Assembly (NCBI GenBank): GCA_036172245.1
Contig: JAYWIR010000003.1
Coordinates: forward strand, 1,302,001 to 1,366,000
Length of the DNA: 64,000 nucleotides
Origin: Raillietiella orientalis
Taxonomy: Eukaryota
Reading direction: 5' to 3'
Position 1 is the first letter of the stretch; each line of letters opens with the position of its first letter. Of the stretch, positions 53,401 to 62,977 are shown piece by piece. Under the pieces are notes generated by a model. That model made no database searches. It had not been told where the DNA came from and saw only the letters and a list, made by a program, of their open reading frames with translations. The translations under genes and the position numbers were made by a program.

Positions 53401-55397
53401 ACTTTTCTGGAAATCGAATCGACCTGCTCACTACGAGTCTACTTGATCGAAATGTGTTCTGCTTGGAACCAAAACAAGCAAGCAACCAAAACTTCACCAT
53501 GCCCGTCGTCATGCATTTCTGTTGCACAAAGGGGTCTGCCATTGCACAAGATGTTGGTCCTCAGGAACCTCTGAGTTTAAAGGGGCATTCAAGGAGTGAA
53601 TTCGTGGGCAGTGGACTCCCGTATAAACCGTTTCCCAAGGTAGGAACGAAGTTCCTCAACCAGCGAGCGGGAGCAAAGAGGAGACAGAAGAACGATGGTA
53701 TCGCAGCTGCGAAGACGCACCACCGCACGCCCTCATAGTGACAGAAGGACATCCGCTCGAAGAGCTCCGAGCCCGCGGAAGACCCTCGTACAACGCGGAT
53801 TTGCACAACGCGGCGACGAAAAACATAGCGGCAGTTCTCGTGCGGCGTGGTCCATCCGTCCCGCTGCAGCGACGCCGTGGATGAAGCTCCATTCTGTGGG
53901 GCTCTTTCATTTGCGCCCGTTCAACCTCCTTCGAAAAGAATACGGGTCAAACATCTTGGATGCTGTTCCGTTCGAATGTTGGCGAACGAAAGAGCGCAAG
54001 AAGATGACGATGCATTTCTCAGCCACGGGAGCTATGGATCTGAAACTGCAGAGTTGCTTCCATCGATCGATAAAACTCTACAGCTAAACCACACCGTTAG
54101 AACGCTCGAGTTACACCTTCCATCTTTTAGATGAATGCCGTGCGCGCGTGGCACGAAGGACTCGCATTGCGCGGAGCGTGCTCTCCGCGTAATACGAGGG
54201 CCTCCTTTATTTTGCCCACTGGGCTCTTCCCTCACCGTGGCTTCCAAGGTCACAAAATCTGCGTCCGTGGCGCTCTCCCGGAACGTCGAATTTCGGTAAC
54301 GGGGAGAAAAGAAGCGCGCGTCAGATGCGCCTGAGGTTCCGTTCGTGCCTGGGCTCGGAAGTTTTCCCTCCCGGAAGTGAATCGGGAAGCTGCGCGTCCT
54401 TCCCTTGGCGCGAATCGTCTGCAGGAGAGGAGGGGAGCGAAAGGTGGCGTGGCAGCCGCCACGGGACGCGCGGCGGTCTTCAGCATGGGGAAAGAGGGCC
54501 TCTCAGACTCTTTTCGCCTCCCTCCCTTAACCACTGAGGTTGCTGCTGAAAGGAATTTTTCCACTCTTTGATTCATCTTCCTTCCGTTTCCCAGGCACCG
54601 ATAACTCGATTGAAATGGCTAGTCTAATTATCGAACCGGTGGCATGGGAAGGAAATTAGAAAGTTCTCATGAAATGGTGAGAGAACATCCAAGCAACTGG
54701 CCATTGCGATATCCAGATTTTTATTTGATTTTTTGATTGGAGGAAACTTTGGGCAACAGTGTTTTTCCCAAGCGGGTGGGCTGCCCGTTGTCACCCCAAA
54801 AGTTGCCCATTCCTGGTCTGGAAGCCTTTCAGACGAAACACATCCAAGGGAAACTTCTGGCTTCAGTAAAGTTCGTGCTCGCGGGTGCAGCTCGGAAAGA
54901 CATGGCACTCTGCGACTCCTTTTTGGACTGGGAAGGGTCACTTTCGGGTCACCTCTGCACTAGAGAGAGAAAAAAAGAAGGAAAACGACCTGCTCCACCG
55001 AAGTGCGCAGTCGTGGCTTCCCGAAGAACAAGCCGAATGGGTACCCTTCCCTGCTCCTCCCTCTAATCTAGTTTATGTTTCGCTGCTGCACGCAGAGGGG
55101 CGCCTATTTCTGTGCACAGCAGCAGCACCGCGGTGTGTGGGAAAACGAGGACAGCATTGCGGCCATCTCCTTGCCGTCCTGAGGCATCGCGTGGCCTCGT
55201 GACCCTCCCCGAGCTGCCCAACACGAGCTGAGCTCCCCTGCCTCACGAGAGAAGCGTTCTCACCGCGCAGACTCATTCGGACCGGGGCGACCGGCGAAAT
55301 TCCCAGGAAACCCAGAGCGGGTGGGGACGAGCGCAGCATGGCGGTCGGTCAATCACTTACCTGATGTAAACAGCATTGCCAGAAGAATTACTCCCAT
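1584..55397 (-). CDS. nAChRalpha4: Nicotinic acetylcholine receptor alpha subunit (alpha3/alpha4 group, alpha4-like); 11 coding exons, 543 aa
   Basis: Spliced exons 55397-55361, 45602-45460, 36849-36805, 25835-25726, 21654-21474, 19414-19130, 13526-13390, 12936-12790, 10386-10222, 9194-8987 and 1757-1584 total 1632 nt in one frame. The protein has a signal peptide, [10 protein letters not shown], Cys-loop [15 protein letters not shown], loop C YTCC (defines an alpha subunit), GEK before TM2, and TM1-TM4. The alpha4 label is inferred from KYLIFAM, EWKPP and [10 protein letters not shown] and needs a phylogeny. Confidence 0.93.
2390..2865. mobile_element. MITE copy (same family as 53776-54207)
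   Basis: Shares ctcgtacagcgcggcgacgaag, gaaagagcgca..aagatga, cttccatc.atcgataaaactctacagc and the right end cgcgtaatacgaggg. Confidence 0.6.
2750..3198 (+). repeat. About 445-nt near-identical direct repeat with 54092-54532
   Basis: Offset 51342; identical ORF translations 2789..2992 and 54131..54334. Confidence 0.93.
3385..3710. mobile_element. MITE copy, right-hand part ending at a TA
   Basis: gaacgaaagagcgcaagaagatgacgatgcatt matches 53980-54020; ends cgcgtcatacgagggtctgctaTA. Confidence 0.55.
5696..5808. repeat. Imperfect (TATC)n then (CAT)n microsatellite
   Basis: Directly visible tandem units. Confidence 0.9.
8650..8870 (+). mobile_element. SINE-like repeat, 5' part
   Basis: gtcgcgggttcgaatc head and ggccgggattaagagttgaccctc motif. 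Confidence 0.6.
8987..9194 (-). CDS. nAChRalpha4: nAChR coding exon 10 (intracellular loop, MA helix)
   Basis: CKVHG and [17 protein letters not shown] resemble the alpha3/alpha4 loop and MA helix; acceptor ccgtag, donor gtagga. Confidence 0.88.
10222..10386 (-). CDS. nAChRalpha4: nAChR coding exon 9 (variable intracellular loop)
   Basis: Phase 2/2 open exon [23 protein letters not shown]...YVPSYQ with acceptor tcttctgcag and donor gtgaga. Supported by splice sites and phase, not by a conserved motif. Confidence 0.72.
10575..10810 (+). mobile_element. SINE-like repeat, 5' part
   Basis: gtcgctggttcgaatccc head; colinear with 8650-8870. Confidence 0.6.
12790..12936 (-). CDS. nAChRalpha4: nAChR coding exon 8 (end of TM3, MX helix)
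   Basis: [41 protein letters not shown]; acceptor cttttag, donor gtgatg (3' boundary slightly less certain). Confidence 0.93.
13390..13526 (-). CDS. nAChRalpha4: nAChR coding exon 7 (TM2, M2-M3 linker, start of TM3)
   Basis: [45 protein letters not shown]; acceptor ttccag, donor gtaaga. Confidence 0.97.
14740..15100 (-). mobile_element. Decayed non-LTR retrotransposon reverse transcriptase fragment (R2/RLE-like)
   Basis: Frameshifted peptides IALPSTL and [21 protein letters not shown] resemble RT motifs RPI.L and xDxxKAFDxVxH. Confidence 0.55.
17365..17560 (+). mobile_element. SINE-like repeat, diverged 5' part
   Basis: gtcgcgggttcgaat, catccgggtgcagcactggt and gatgagggccggga motifs match the other copies. 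Confidence 0.5.
19130..19414 (-). CDS. nAChRalpha4: nAChR coding exon 6 (loop F, loop C YTCC, TM1, SDSGEK)
   Basis: VDLRH...EWDILEVPA...[14 protein letters not shown]...[15 protein letters not shown]...LPSDSGEK; acceptor ctgcag, donor gtaagc. Confidence 0.97.
19506..19556. repeat. 20-nt tandem repeat, about 2.5 units
   Basis: gcaacaat(c/t)gactctctcgc repeated. Confidence 0.85.
21474..21654 (-). CDS. nAChRalpha4: nAChR coding exon 5 ([13 protein letters not shown]...[28 protein letters not shown]; loop E, Cys-loop, loop B)
   Basis: Cys-loop signature and WTYD; acceptor ttccag, donor gtggg; embedded in ORF 21033..22148. Confidence 0.97.
24760..24960 (-). mobile_element. Decayed non-LTR RT fragment (R2/RLE-like)
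   Basis: [14 protein letters not shown] and [13 protein letters not shown] resemble the LIPK, NWRPI and RILARRL RT motifs. Confidence 0.45.
25726..25835 (-). CDS. nAChRalpha4: nAChR coding exon 4 ([37 protein letters not shown], loop A)
   Basis: 110-nt exon with WRPDIVLYN; acceptor ttgcag, donor gtgag. Confidence 0.96.
29560..30135 (+). mobile_element. Possible 3' end of a CR1/L2-like LINE followed by a GT-rich low-complexity tract
   Basis: [11 protein letters not shown]...QERV and [14 protein letters not shown] loosely resemble CR1-group C-termini; 29930-30135 is TAGG/TTAG-rich. Confidence 0.35.
31310..31540 (+). mobile_element. SINE-like repeat, internally deleted copy
   Basis: gtcgcgggttcgaatccc, gaagttgaccccccgaggtccttccaggaatcaggga and cctgaagagttc motifs. 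Confidence 0.55.
35993..36788 (+). repeat. 796-nt direct repeat, copy in intron 3 next to exon 3
   Basis: Near-identical to 58809-59604 at constant offset 22816. Confidence 0.95.
36805..36849 (-). CDS. nAChRalpha4: nAChR coding exon 3 ([15 protein letters not shown], loop D region)
   Basis: 45-nt exon; acceptor ctttcag, donor gtgagc; conserved motif. Confidence 0.95.
37880..38600 (+). mobile_element. tRNA-head SINE-like repeat, near full-length copy
   Basis: B-box-like GGTTCGAAACC at about 37896. Body motifs ggccgggatt..gttgaccctcc, gagagaccaccagga and cccctaacttgaagagttc are shared with other copies, followed by an A-rich tail. Confidence 0.7.
43889..44325. mobile_element. Degenerate piggyBac-type MITE
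   Basis: TTAA-CCCTTCGGGTGC at the left and GCATTCAAAGGG-TTAA at the right: TTAA target site with CCC termini and imperfect TIRs. Confidence 0.45.
44428..44486. repeat. (GA)n microsatellite
   Basis: About 29 uninterrupted GA units. Confidence 0.97.
45460..45602 (-). CDS. nAChRalpha4: nAChR coding exon 2 ([48 protein letters not shown])
   Basis: Canonical arthropod nAChR N-terminal helix; acceptor ttttccag, donor gtacgt. Confidence 0.96.
52570..53160 (-). mobile_element. Decayed RTE-like LINE 3' region
   Basis: [26 protein letters not shown] and [13 protein letters not shown]...TIRD...KDR resemble the RTE C-terminal motifs (LLYGxETW, GxRxRGRP, DRxxW). Confidence 0.5.
53776..54207. mobile_element. 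Tc1/mariner-pogo type MITE
   Basis: Left end GACCCTCGTACAACGCGGA and the reverse complement of the right end GGCCCTCGTATTACGCGGA form imperfect TIRs; no coding capacity; related copies at 2.4-2.9 kb and 3.4-3.7 kb. Confidence 0.6.
54092..54532 (+). repeat. About 441-nt near-identical direct repeat with 2750-3198
   Basis: Same sequence as the last-intron copy apart from a few substitutions and one short indel. Confidence 0.93.
55361..55397 (-). CDS. nAChRalpha4: nAChR coding exon 1, signal peptide [12 protein letters not shown]
   Basis: ATG in gccgccATGG context, hydrophobic peptide, donor CAG/gtaagt. Phase 1 joins exon 2 to give [24 protein letters not shown]. Confidence 0.8.
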
Positions 55398-55447
55398 GGC
55401 GGCTGGAATGTCTGGCTGGTGGTGGTCAAGGCTCACATGATATTTTC

Positions 55448-55470
55448 CTGAAAAGGAAGCAGTGAGAGAC
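55448..55470 (-). promoter_or_regulatory. 3' splice acceptor upstream of the start codon, implying a non-coding 5' exon further upstream
   Basis: Minus strand ctctcactgcttccttttcag/G lies 50 nt before the ATG. Confidence 0.55.
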
Positions 55471-56374
55471 CAGCTTCCGGGACGACCAAGCATGCAACCA
55501 CCATGAAAACGAACTCCCGCTATCGCAGCATGCAAGAGGAGGCGACAAGGCCCGCGGGCGTGGTTTTCTGCCTCCCAGAAAGGTTTTGCTCTCATTCCTC
55601 CCGGCTCTCGTGCCCGATGCCAATCATCCGGGCACAGTCGGGGAGGCGTTCGTCTTTCCGCTGAAAGCCGCTTTCATCGGTAAATTCAATTCAAATTTGG
55701 CAAACTTTTCGGCGGTCTCCAGGGACTCGCTCAAGCATTTCTGAGGTGGGTAAGGGGGGGTGATCTTTGAGATTCCTCGAGCGGCTGCTGACGGGGGTCG
55801 GGGGGAGGGGGGGATCGGTTGACTTCGCAACGTGCGTATTTTGAAAAGGTACGGCCAGGTAATCGGATTTCCTCCCCCCACACCCTTCACTCCTTTGGCT
55901 TTGAGCCCTTGTCTCCGTCCTTCGGGAAGCGGGCGGAAGTCATGCGCGCTTCGTTCGTCCCACTCCGCGCTTGCATCGAGCTCCGAGGTACACGGGTGAG
56001 GGGTCGCAGGGAGCAAATAATTAATTTCCAGGAGAGAGAGAGAAAAAAAAACACGTCTTTTTATCGATCCCCAGATACGAAAAAGATGCACCGAAAGCCT
56101 GTCATTGACAAGGTCTAAGGAAAAGTTTATCAGTCATGTGATACTGCTGACCACTGAGATTCGGAGCACAGGAGCAGAAAACTCCGAAGAAAGAAAAAAA
56201 TCCTTGCGCCTGCACGGTGACGGAACTGATCCTCGCCACACGGATTACTGATTACCGGCCTCCGAATCGGATTTCTTCTCCCAGGAACGTCTTCAGCCTT
56301 CGAGTCTCCTTTCGAAGAGCGCAGCAGAGGGAAAGCAGAAGGCCTGAAAGGCACTCGCATTGCGGGCGGCGTGG

Positions 56375-57105
56375 CTAACGAGTGTTGCGGGTTCGAATCC
56401 CCACCTGGAGGATTCATGTGGAGGAGGATCGACAACGAAAGATGGGGTGTGTGTAGTGGGTTTCCAGTCCCTCCCCCTCCTCGCGCAGGATGACGCCTGG
56501 TTGCCCTATTCAACATGAGGCACTGACCCTCTTGGATCCTTCCAAGACATCAAGGAGTCGTTCTCCTTTCGATTGTGAAAATGGAATCGTCCACCCACCC
56601 ACCCCCTACCTTATGGGGACCCTTCATCGCGCATCATGAAGCTGGTTGATGCCTCTCCAAAGTATCGAGAAGCGCGCTGCTACCTTCGGGAAGCACCCTT
56701 CAGAGAAATCGGGAGGCGTCCATGAGAGATTCTCTTCGGAAGTGGAAATCGGGAACGGTTCCCTTCCGGGGAGTCCCTCCGGAGAAGCGAAGAAGCAGCG
56801 GCCTCCTTCGAGGGACCCTTCCGGACAGAACAAGGACGAAGTTCCCTTCGGGTTCCCTTGAGAGACCACCAGGACCAGGGTTCTCTCCCGAGAGTGACAG
56901 GCACGGACTCGTTCCCTCCGAAGCCTTCCTGGATTCACGGGGTGGTCCTCCGTGATCGACCCCTAACTTGAAGAGTTCACACACACCCTCGGATTGGCGC
57001 GGGCAGCGTTGAAGAGTTCCGTGGGCGTCCCCTAATGGGAAGGCGGGCGGTTCTTCAGCACTCCTTGGGAAGCAGAAAAAGAAAAAAAAGCTGAAAGGGG
57101 AACGG
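56375..57105 (+). mobile_element. tRNA-head SINE-like repeat copy
   Basis: GGTTCGAATCC at about 56389; 56800-57100 is nearly identical to 38260-38560. Confidence 0.7.
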
Positions 57106-57853
57106 AAGAGCCCCATCATGCCGGAAAAAGCGGGGAAGGCGGTGCTCGCAGGCGACGGCGACAAGAAAGAGGCGGGGGAGGGGGTGGGTGGAAGCGGTGA
57201 GTTCGAACAGAACTTCGGGTGAACAGCGCGCCGTCCAAGGATCGGCTGTTCCTCCGGGAGACGAAGCGACGGCGGTCGTTGCTGGTAATCCTTGCGATCT
57301 CGGACGCTGGGACGGAGAACGGGAACGCATCACGATTTTGCGTGTCAACGGGTGAACGGGTGGACTCGCGAGGCGCTCCATCCCTCCCCCCTTCGTGGCG
57401 CCCTCTCGGCGACGGCTTCCCGGTGGCGCAATCGAGTGCTCTCCCGCACCGCCGGGCATCCCCTCGGTGGCGGAACGACGGAGGGCGCGACGGCCGTCGC
57501 CGTTGCCTCGGGCGTTCGGGGGACAGCCGCGGCGGGAGGGAGGAAAGGCGCTCAGGCAGCCTATGCTGCTGTCGCGGGAGGCGAAACCCACGAGGCATGC
57601 GCGAGAGACCTCCGGACGGCCGAGAGCACCCGCGGATCTCCTTCGCCCCGGAGGCGGAGGCTAGGGGGAGGAAGCGAGGGCGCCCATCCTCCCCCCCTTC
57701 TCTCCAGACGTCGTCGCGGGCAGCTTCGGCTGGACGTGCGCAACTGGCGGGCGGCTGCGACCCGGCTACGCACCGACGTCACCGGGATCTCCGGCAGGAG
57801 GCACCGGACAGTCGCTGGGAGGCAGTTCGCGTCTCGGCCGCAGCGGAACGAGG
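56831..57853 (+). repeat. Left arm of a long near-perfect inverted repeat
   Basis: Reverse complement of 62978-64000 (mirror coordinate sum 120831); identical spurious ORFs on opposite strands (57055..57591- and 63240..63776+). Confidence 0.95.
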
Positions 57854-58808
57854 AGGAGGTCCCTTCGCCCGCGGTCGCAAAGTGCGGTTGCCTCCGCTCC
57901 ACTCGAACTGCTTCCGCGGCCCCTGCCGAGGTCATCGGAGGTTTTCCTCTTCGGCGCGCTCCCTGATTCGCACGCCGTTCCCGGTGGATGCAGAGGAAGC
58001 CTTGGGGCTCGCGCCGCATAGTGGAGGAGGAGTTTCTGAAAGGACTTTTTCGGAACGCAGGGCTGACCGCTGCAGCAAGGAGGCGCGTCGTGCAGAATGC
58101 GGGGCTCCGCCGAGCGGCGAAGGCCACGGGAATTCCGATGGGCACGTGCTCTGTCCTCCGCCCCTCCGCATTCCCGTGAGCGCAACCCTCCGGTTTGCGT
58201 GTATTAAGTCAGCGTGCCGAAGCTCCCGAGAATGAAACCCGCTGGTGGCACCGCCCACGTGCGTCAGACGGGAGCACGTGGGAGTTGCAGGTCGAGGGGA
58301 GGGGGCGGTGCACGGAAGGGTGAAGGGGAGCAAACTCAAGGTAACTCAGGGCTGTCGGTAATGCGGGGATCTCCGTCGCGCGCGCCGAGATCCTCAAGGC
58401 GTGCTCGGAGGGCTCGCCCTGAAGCCCGCAGGCGTGGGAGGAGAGAAGCTTTGCGCGCTCCAGCCGGCAAGTCCCGTCCCAGATAAACGCAGATCTCCCC
58501 GCTCGCGTCCATCCCCTCTCGGGAACGGTGGAGTGAACAGCTGTTGCGTGGTGCCGCCGCGGAAGAAGGACGATGATTCTGCTACTCTTCAGGAGGAGAT
58601 TCCTCCCTCCGGCCGAGTGCCGGAGGCGGTCTATGGAACCGGTGGAGGTTCCGCAGGACCTACCAGGATGCCCGTCCGCTCTGTTTCGAAAGGGACAAAA
58701 ATCCTTGCCCCGGCGGGTCTTCTGTGCCAGCGGGCAGCAGGTCGGGCGCATCGACACTCTCGCCGAAGCTGCAAGCGCCGAGACAGGCGAGGCGAGACTG
58801 AAAATCGG

Positions 58809-59604
58809 CCGCTTGCAGAGGGGCGCCCGTGCCTTCTTCACGAGGGGCCTTCCAGGCTCGCGTCGCGCCGCCCGCCTGCGCTCTTGCTGCTTCCGGAAGA
58901 CTCCTTCCCCCGAAGCAGGAGAAAGGGTTTCTCCCCACCGCCGCAGTTTCCCGGGGCGACCGCCTAGAAGGGCTTCCGGCACGTCGGACCGCGCCGACAG
59001 GTGAGGACGCGACGGTGCTTGAGGAAGGGCGGCGGGCGACCGCGGAGCTGGCCGGCTCGAGGTTGCTTGCGGCCCGGCCCCCCTTTCCGAGCGGCGGCCC
59101 GGTGCACCGGCGCACGTGACGGCCGCTTGCCGCCGGTAGTCAGCAGCGCGCGTTTCCCTCGGAAAGAACGAACGGAGGGAGCGGACGAACGGCCGCCGCA
59201 GCGGCGCACCCTGCGCCGTCCAGCGGACGCTCATCCGCACGATCGGTCACCCCATTCCCACCCCCTTGCGTGCCGGCCAGAGAGAGATAGGCATCTTGGC
59301 AGGGAGGGACGCACTTCCGAACATGTAGCGTGCCGAAGATTCGAGGTACGCGGCGGTGAGGTGCGTCGGGATGCGGCGCGGTTGCCACGGAAGCTCGCGG
59401 ACGCTTCCGGGATGCCTTGGCGATGAGAGGGAGGGCGACTTGGAGCGGGGCGCGGAGCTCCTGAGAGTAAGGCCGACGAAGAGGAGCGGCTTAGGTTTCC
59501 TGGGTGCCTCTGTCGGTCCATTCCCGAAGATGAAAGGGATGAGGATGCGAAGGAGGTGCGCGCCTGTTCGCCTGCGATCCACACCGAGCCGCACGCGCAG
59601 CAGC
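58809..59604 (+). repeat. 796-nt direct repeat, copy inside the inverted-repeat spacer
   Basis: Near-identical to 35993-36788; identical ORF translations (36013..36303 and 58829..59119). Confidence 0.95.
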
Positions 59605-59619
59605 GCCGGACCAACCAAT

Positions 59620-60500
59620 TGCAGCCTTTGGAAGTGGCAGTAAACGTGGTAGAGGAGGTCTTCGCCGGCGCTTTGTTATTCCCGAGGAAGAAGCAGAACA
59701 GCTGCTCCCAATCAAACGGGACTCCTTCGACTTTCCTACCCTTTCGGGCTCCGGCCTGTTCGTGACTTTGGAGCCGGATATACCAGCGATGGATTTTCCC
59801 CGTCTCGATCTTCCTTCTCATCCTACATCCAGTACCTTGGTGGCCGCTACGATGGTTTTCTCAGCAGCATCCTTGGCAAACAGTGGACGGGAAGCGAATC
59901 TCTTCCAGGCGATGAAACTTAGCTGGACGTTCCGAATCGATCAGGAAGTTCTGGAAGATTTGATTCTCATGGAATCCCGAGAAATTCGCAGATTCCCGCC
60001 AATGGGATCGACCGCCTCAGAAATCGAAAGGTCGTGGCCTCCTGGGACCATCCGCAACGTGGGGATGTCTCGTGGAACTGCCCAGCTGATTCCTCCTCAA
60101 CCCCCGACTGAGGCGGCTGGAGGTTTTTTTGGTCCCCATTGCCGTCGGCATCTTGTTTTAAGGGTCGCGCCATTCCAACTTCGGGGAAACGCGAAGGAAA
60201 GACGGCAATCGTAACTCCTCGGAGGAGACGCAGGCCTCACTTATTTGGCGCTCCAGAGGAGGCTCCGCTTGCTATGGGCGCCGGTGCCTCGCTGGAAGTA
60301 CCACGTGATCGGAACACAACAGCCTCGGAGAACGCGCAGCCTTTCGGGAGGGTGCGATGCTCTCAACCCCAACCGTCCCCACGCCAACGCACCTGTCCTC
60401 AGCCGATTAGAAGCACTTATCTCCCTGAGAAAGCAGAGCCGGTCGCCCCATCCCATCCTTGCAAGCGTAGCGGTCTCCGCTTCAGATTCTAGTGACTTTT
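59620..60500 (-). mobile_element. Decayed LINE fragment (endonuclease-RT linker region)
   Basis: VPFDWEQLFCFFLGNNKAPAKT resembles the LKxxKAPGxD motif preceding LINE RT; many disruptions. Confidence 0.35.
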
Positions 60501-62977
60501 CCGGAAGGCATTTTTTTTGACCTTTCCGTTTCCTTCGAGTAGCTGCATCCTTCTAGCCAGTTCTTCCTCTCAGACAAATCGGCTCCCGAGCCGTCGGAAG
60601 ACTCTCATCAGCAGCTCCGCTCCAGGCACTCCGTTGACGGTCTCTCCTGACATCTCTCGGAAGCCGTGGGAAACTCCAGAGAAGGATCCGCAGGAATTCG
60701 CTCGCTTCTGCTGGAGAATTTTTCAAACTGCGAGATCCTGCGAGATTTTCCAGCCTTAGCAGCCTCCCTTGTCTCCACTCTGTGCCTGATAGTGTGATCC
60801 ACGCCCCGCCAGGATCTCCGCTTCCACGTGGCTGATCCGCGGGTCGGGGAGTCGTTTCGGCCCGCCGTGCCTGCCGCTGGCAAACGCGGCCAGGTGAACC
60901 AAGATGCACGATCCTCGCTCCCCGAGGTCGCTGGCTTTTCGGGAGGGAGGAGGGATGGCTCCCGGGGATTCCTCACAGCCCTGCCTCCCTCGATCCGGCA
61001 CCGCCGCCCTCTTGTCTTCCGATGTTCTTCCTGTCCCTGCCTGCCCGCTCCCGCCGTCGAGGACGAAGAGGGAGAATTTACGCGGGACCCCTTGGGTCTC
61101 TCGTAGGGTCCCCGATCGAGTGGGAGCGCTGCCGTCGATCTTCGCATCCCGACTTCGCGGGAGAGAGAAAGGGAGGGAGGGAGGGAAGAGGAACGAAGGA
61201 CCAGTCCTTCGTTCTTCTTCCCTGAATCGCTTTCCTACTTTTCGCCTTCGAGAGCCGGGCTGCGGAGGAGGTTCTGGCCCGCTGGAAGTGGGTAGGGGAG
61301 GGAAAGGTATGAGAGATTAGTCTCGCAGTGCCGTCCCCTGTTTTCAGACGCGCCTGACGAGACTGGCGAATTTCTGCAGGGGCTCTCTCGCCGCTGAGGA
61401 GGACGGGGACAGACGGAGCGTTCCCGAAAAACAGGAGGACCGATCCTGGTGTCACAAGAAGGCGAGGGTGAGAGCCCAGGACTTATCGCGCGGGCAGGCA
61501 CGAACGCTCCGGCGTCTCCCGAAGGAGGACAGAGGGGTAGAAGGAGGCAGAATCAAGAAGGGGACCACGTGACGCGGCGGCGCCGGTTTTCACTTTCCGA
61601 GCTCGCAGTGACGTCACGAAAGCGGCGGCGGAAGCGGAGCCGCGCGCGGGTGCTGAAAACCCAAAGGCAGGGGAGGAAGGGAGATCAGCTTGGCTTCCGG
61701 GTCTGGTGGGAGAAGTGGCGCCCGTCGCACCTCCCCCTACATCTCGCTACGGCTCGTCTTCCCTTCCAGGGCCGGGCTCCGATCGGGCGAAAGGCGAGCG
61801 AAAGCCCAGCCCGAACCGGAAATCCAGGACTATCGCGCGGCTGCCGCTGAAGCCCGTCCGAACTCTTTCCCGGATGCCGGGGAAGGGGGAGCCATTACTT
61901 TCTCTCCCCATCTCGCCCTTCCCGACCCCACGATGCGCGTTGTGGATTCGCTCGAACGGAGGGACTCTTCCCGGATCCCGGATGACGCCGCCGGTTCCCC
62001 GATGACGCCGTCTGGCACGAAGGGATCCGCGGCCTCGTCCCCGGCGTTCCCAGCCGCGAGAGAGACCGCGAGCGACGACCCGATGGGGGGCGAAGGGGCA
62101 TCCGGGCAGTGCGGTTCTCCCCTGTGGTTTCGCCTCCCTCGTAAAGATAGCGCGAGGGGCGGAGTCTCCCCGTCCCCGCCTTTTCGAAGGCGCGCCGATC
62201 GAAGGGCCCTCCGGGGCGCGCTCACCCTCAGCGCCTGCCCTCCGGTGAGGCTTTCCTGACGCACGCTCCTCGCACTGGAAGCTGGTGAAAGCTCCCAGAC
62301 ACATCTCCTTATCCCCCTGATCTGTAGTGGGGCCACCACCCGCGGGACAGCGGCGAACCTCCGGTCGACCATCGAGGGGAAGAGGAGGCGCCGCCGTCGG
62401 TGGTCCCTGCGACCTCAGACTCCGGGATAAAGGGCGGAGGGGGGGAACCGTCGACCACCCACCTGGAGCCCGTTCTGCGAAGCTCCGTGCCTCATTCGTC
62501 GCAGCTCCGATCCCCGCCTGCGGATGGACGCCCTGAAGCGCCGAGGCCCGGCGCACCATTAAGGAGGCGCGGAGTCTCCGAACCTACTCTTCCCCAGTCC
62601 CGAAAGCTCTCCATGAGACGCGGAATCCGATCACCGTGGGTCCGGCTCTTGGGTTGCTGCCTCACGTGCTTGGTGGGTGGGCGGTCCGTAGAGGGAAGGA
62701 GGTGTCCGGCTGCGCGCACCGGGAAAGCGACCGCCCAGCCACATGACCCCGTGGATCCCTTACCTTGCGGAGAGCGCGCAGGTGCCTCTTCTGCATTCCC
62801 GGACTGGCAACTCACAGGTCCCGGAAGCGAGCGCGAACCTGCCGGGACTTCGTTCCGGGCGCGTTCGCCTGCCGCACATCTCTGCCCCCGGATGCTGGAT
62901 CGCGGGATGCCCGCGGAGCAGTACGGGCTCCGCGCAGGCGCCCTCCTCCCGCCCGCGAGAGAAGGGGCAAATCCCCA

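Noticed and set aside
47600..54960. Further possible LINE or Penelope remnants (KKVTGPNGL near 49560; [14 protein letters not shown] near 54750)
   Set aside because: Single weak motifs only; cannot be supported without a profile search.
55398..55595. In-frame upstream ATG giving a 66-aa N-terminal extension
   Set aside because: It would bury the signal peptide, crosses a strong splice acceptor at 55448, and the downstream ATG has the better context.
8690..56400. GGTTCGAATCC motifs as tRNA genes
   Set aside because: No complete cloverleaf seen; each is followed by the same repeat body, so they are SINE heads.
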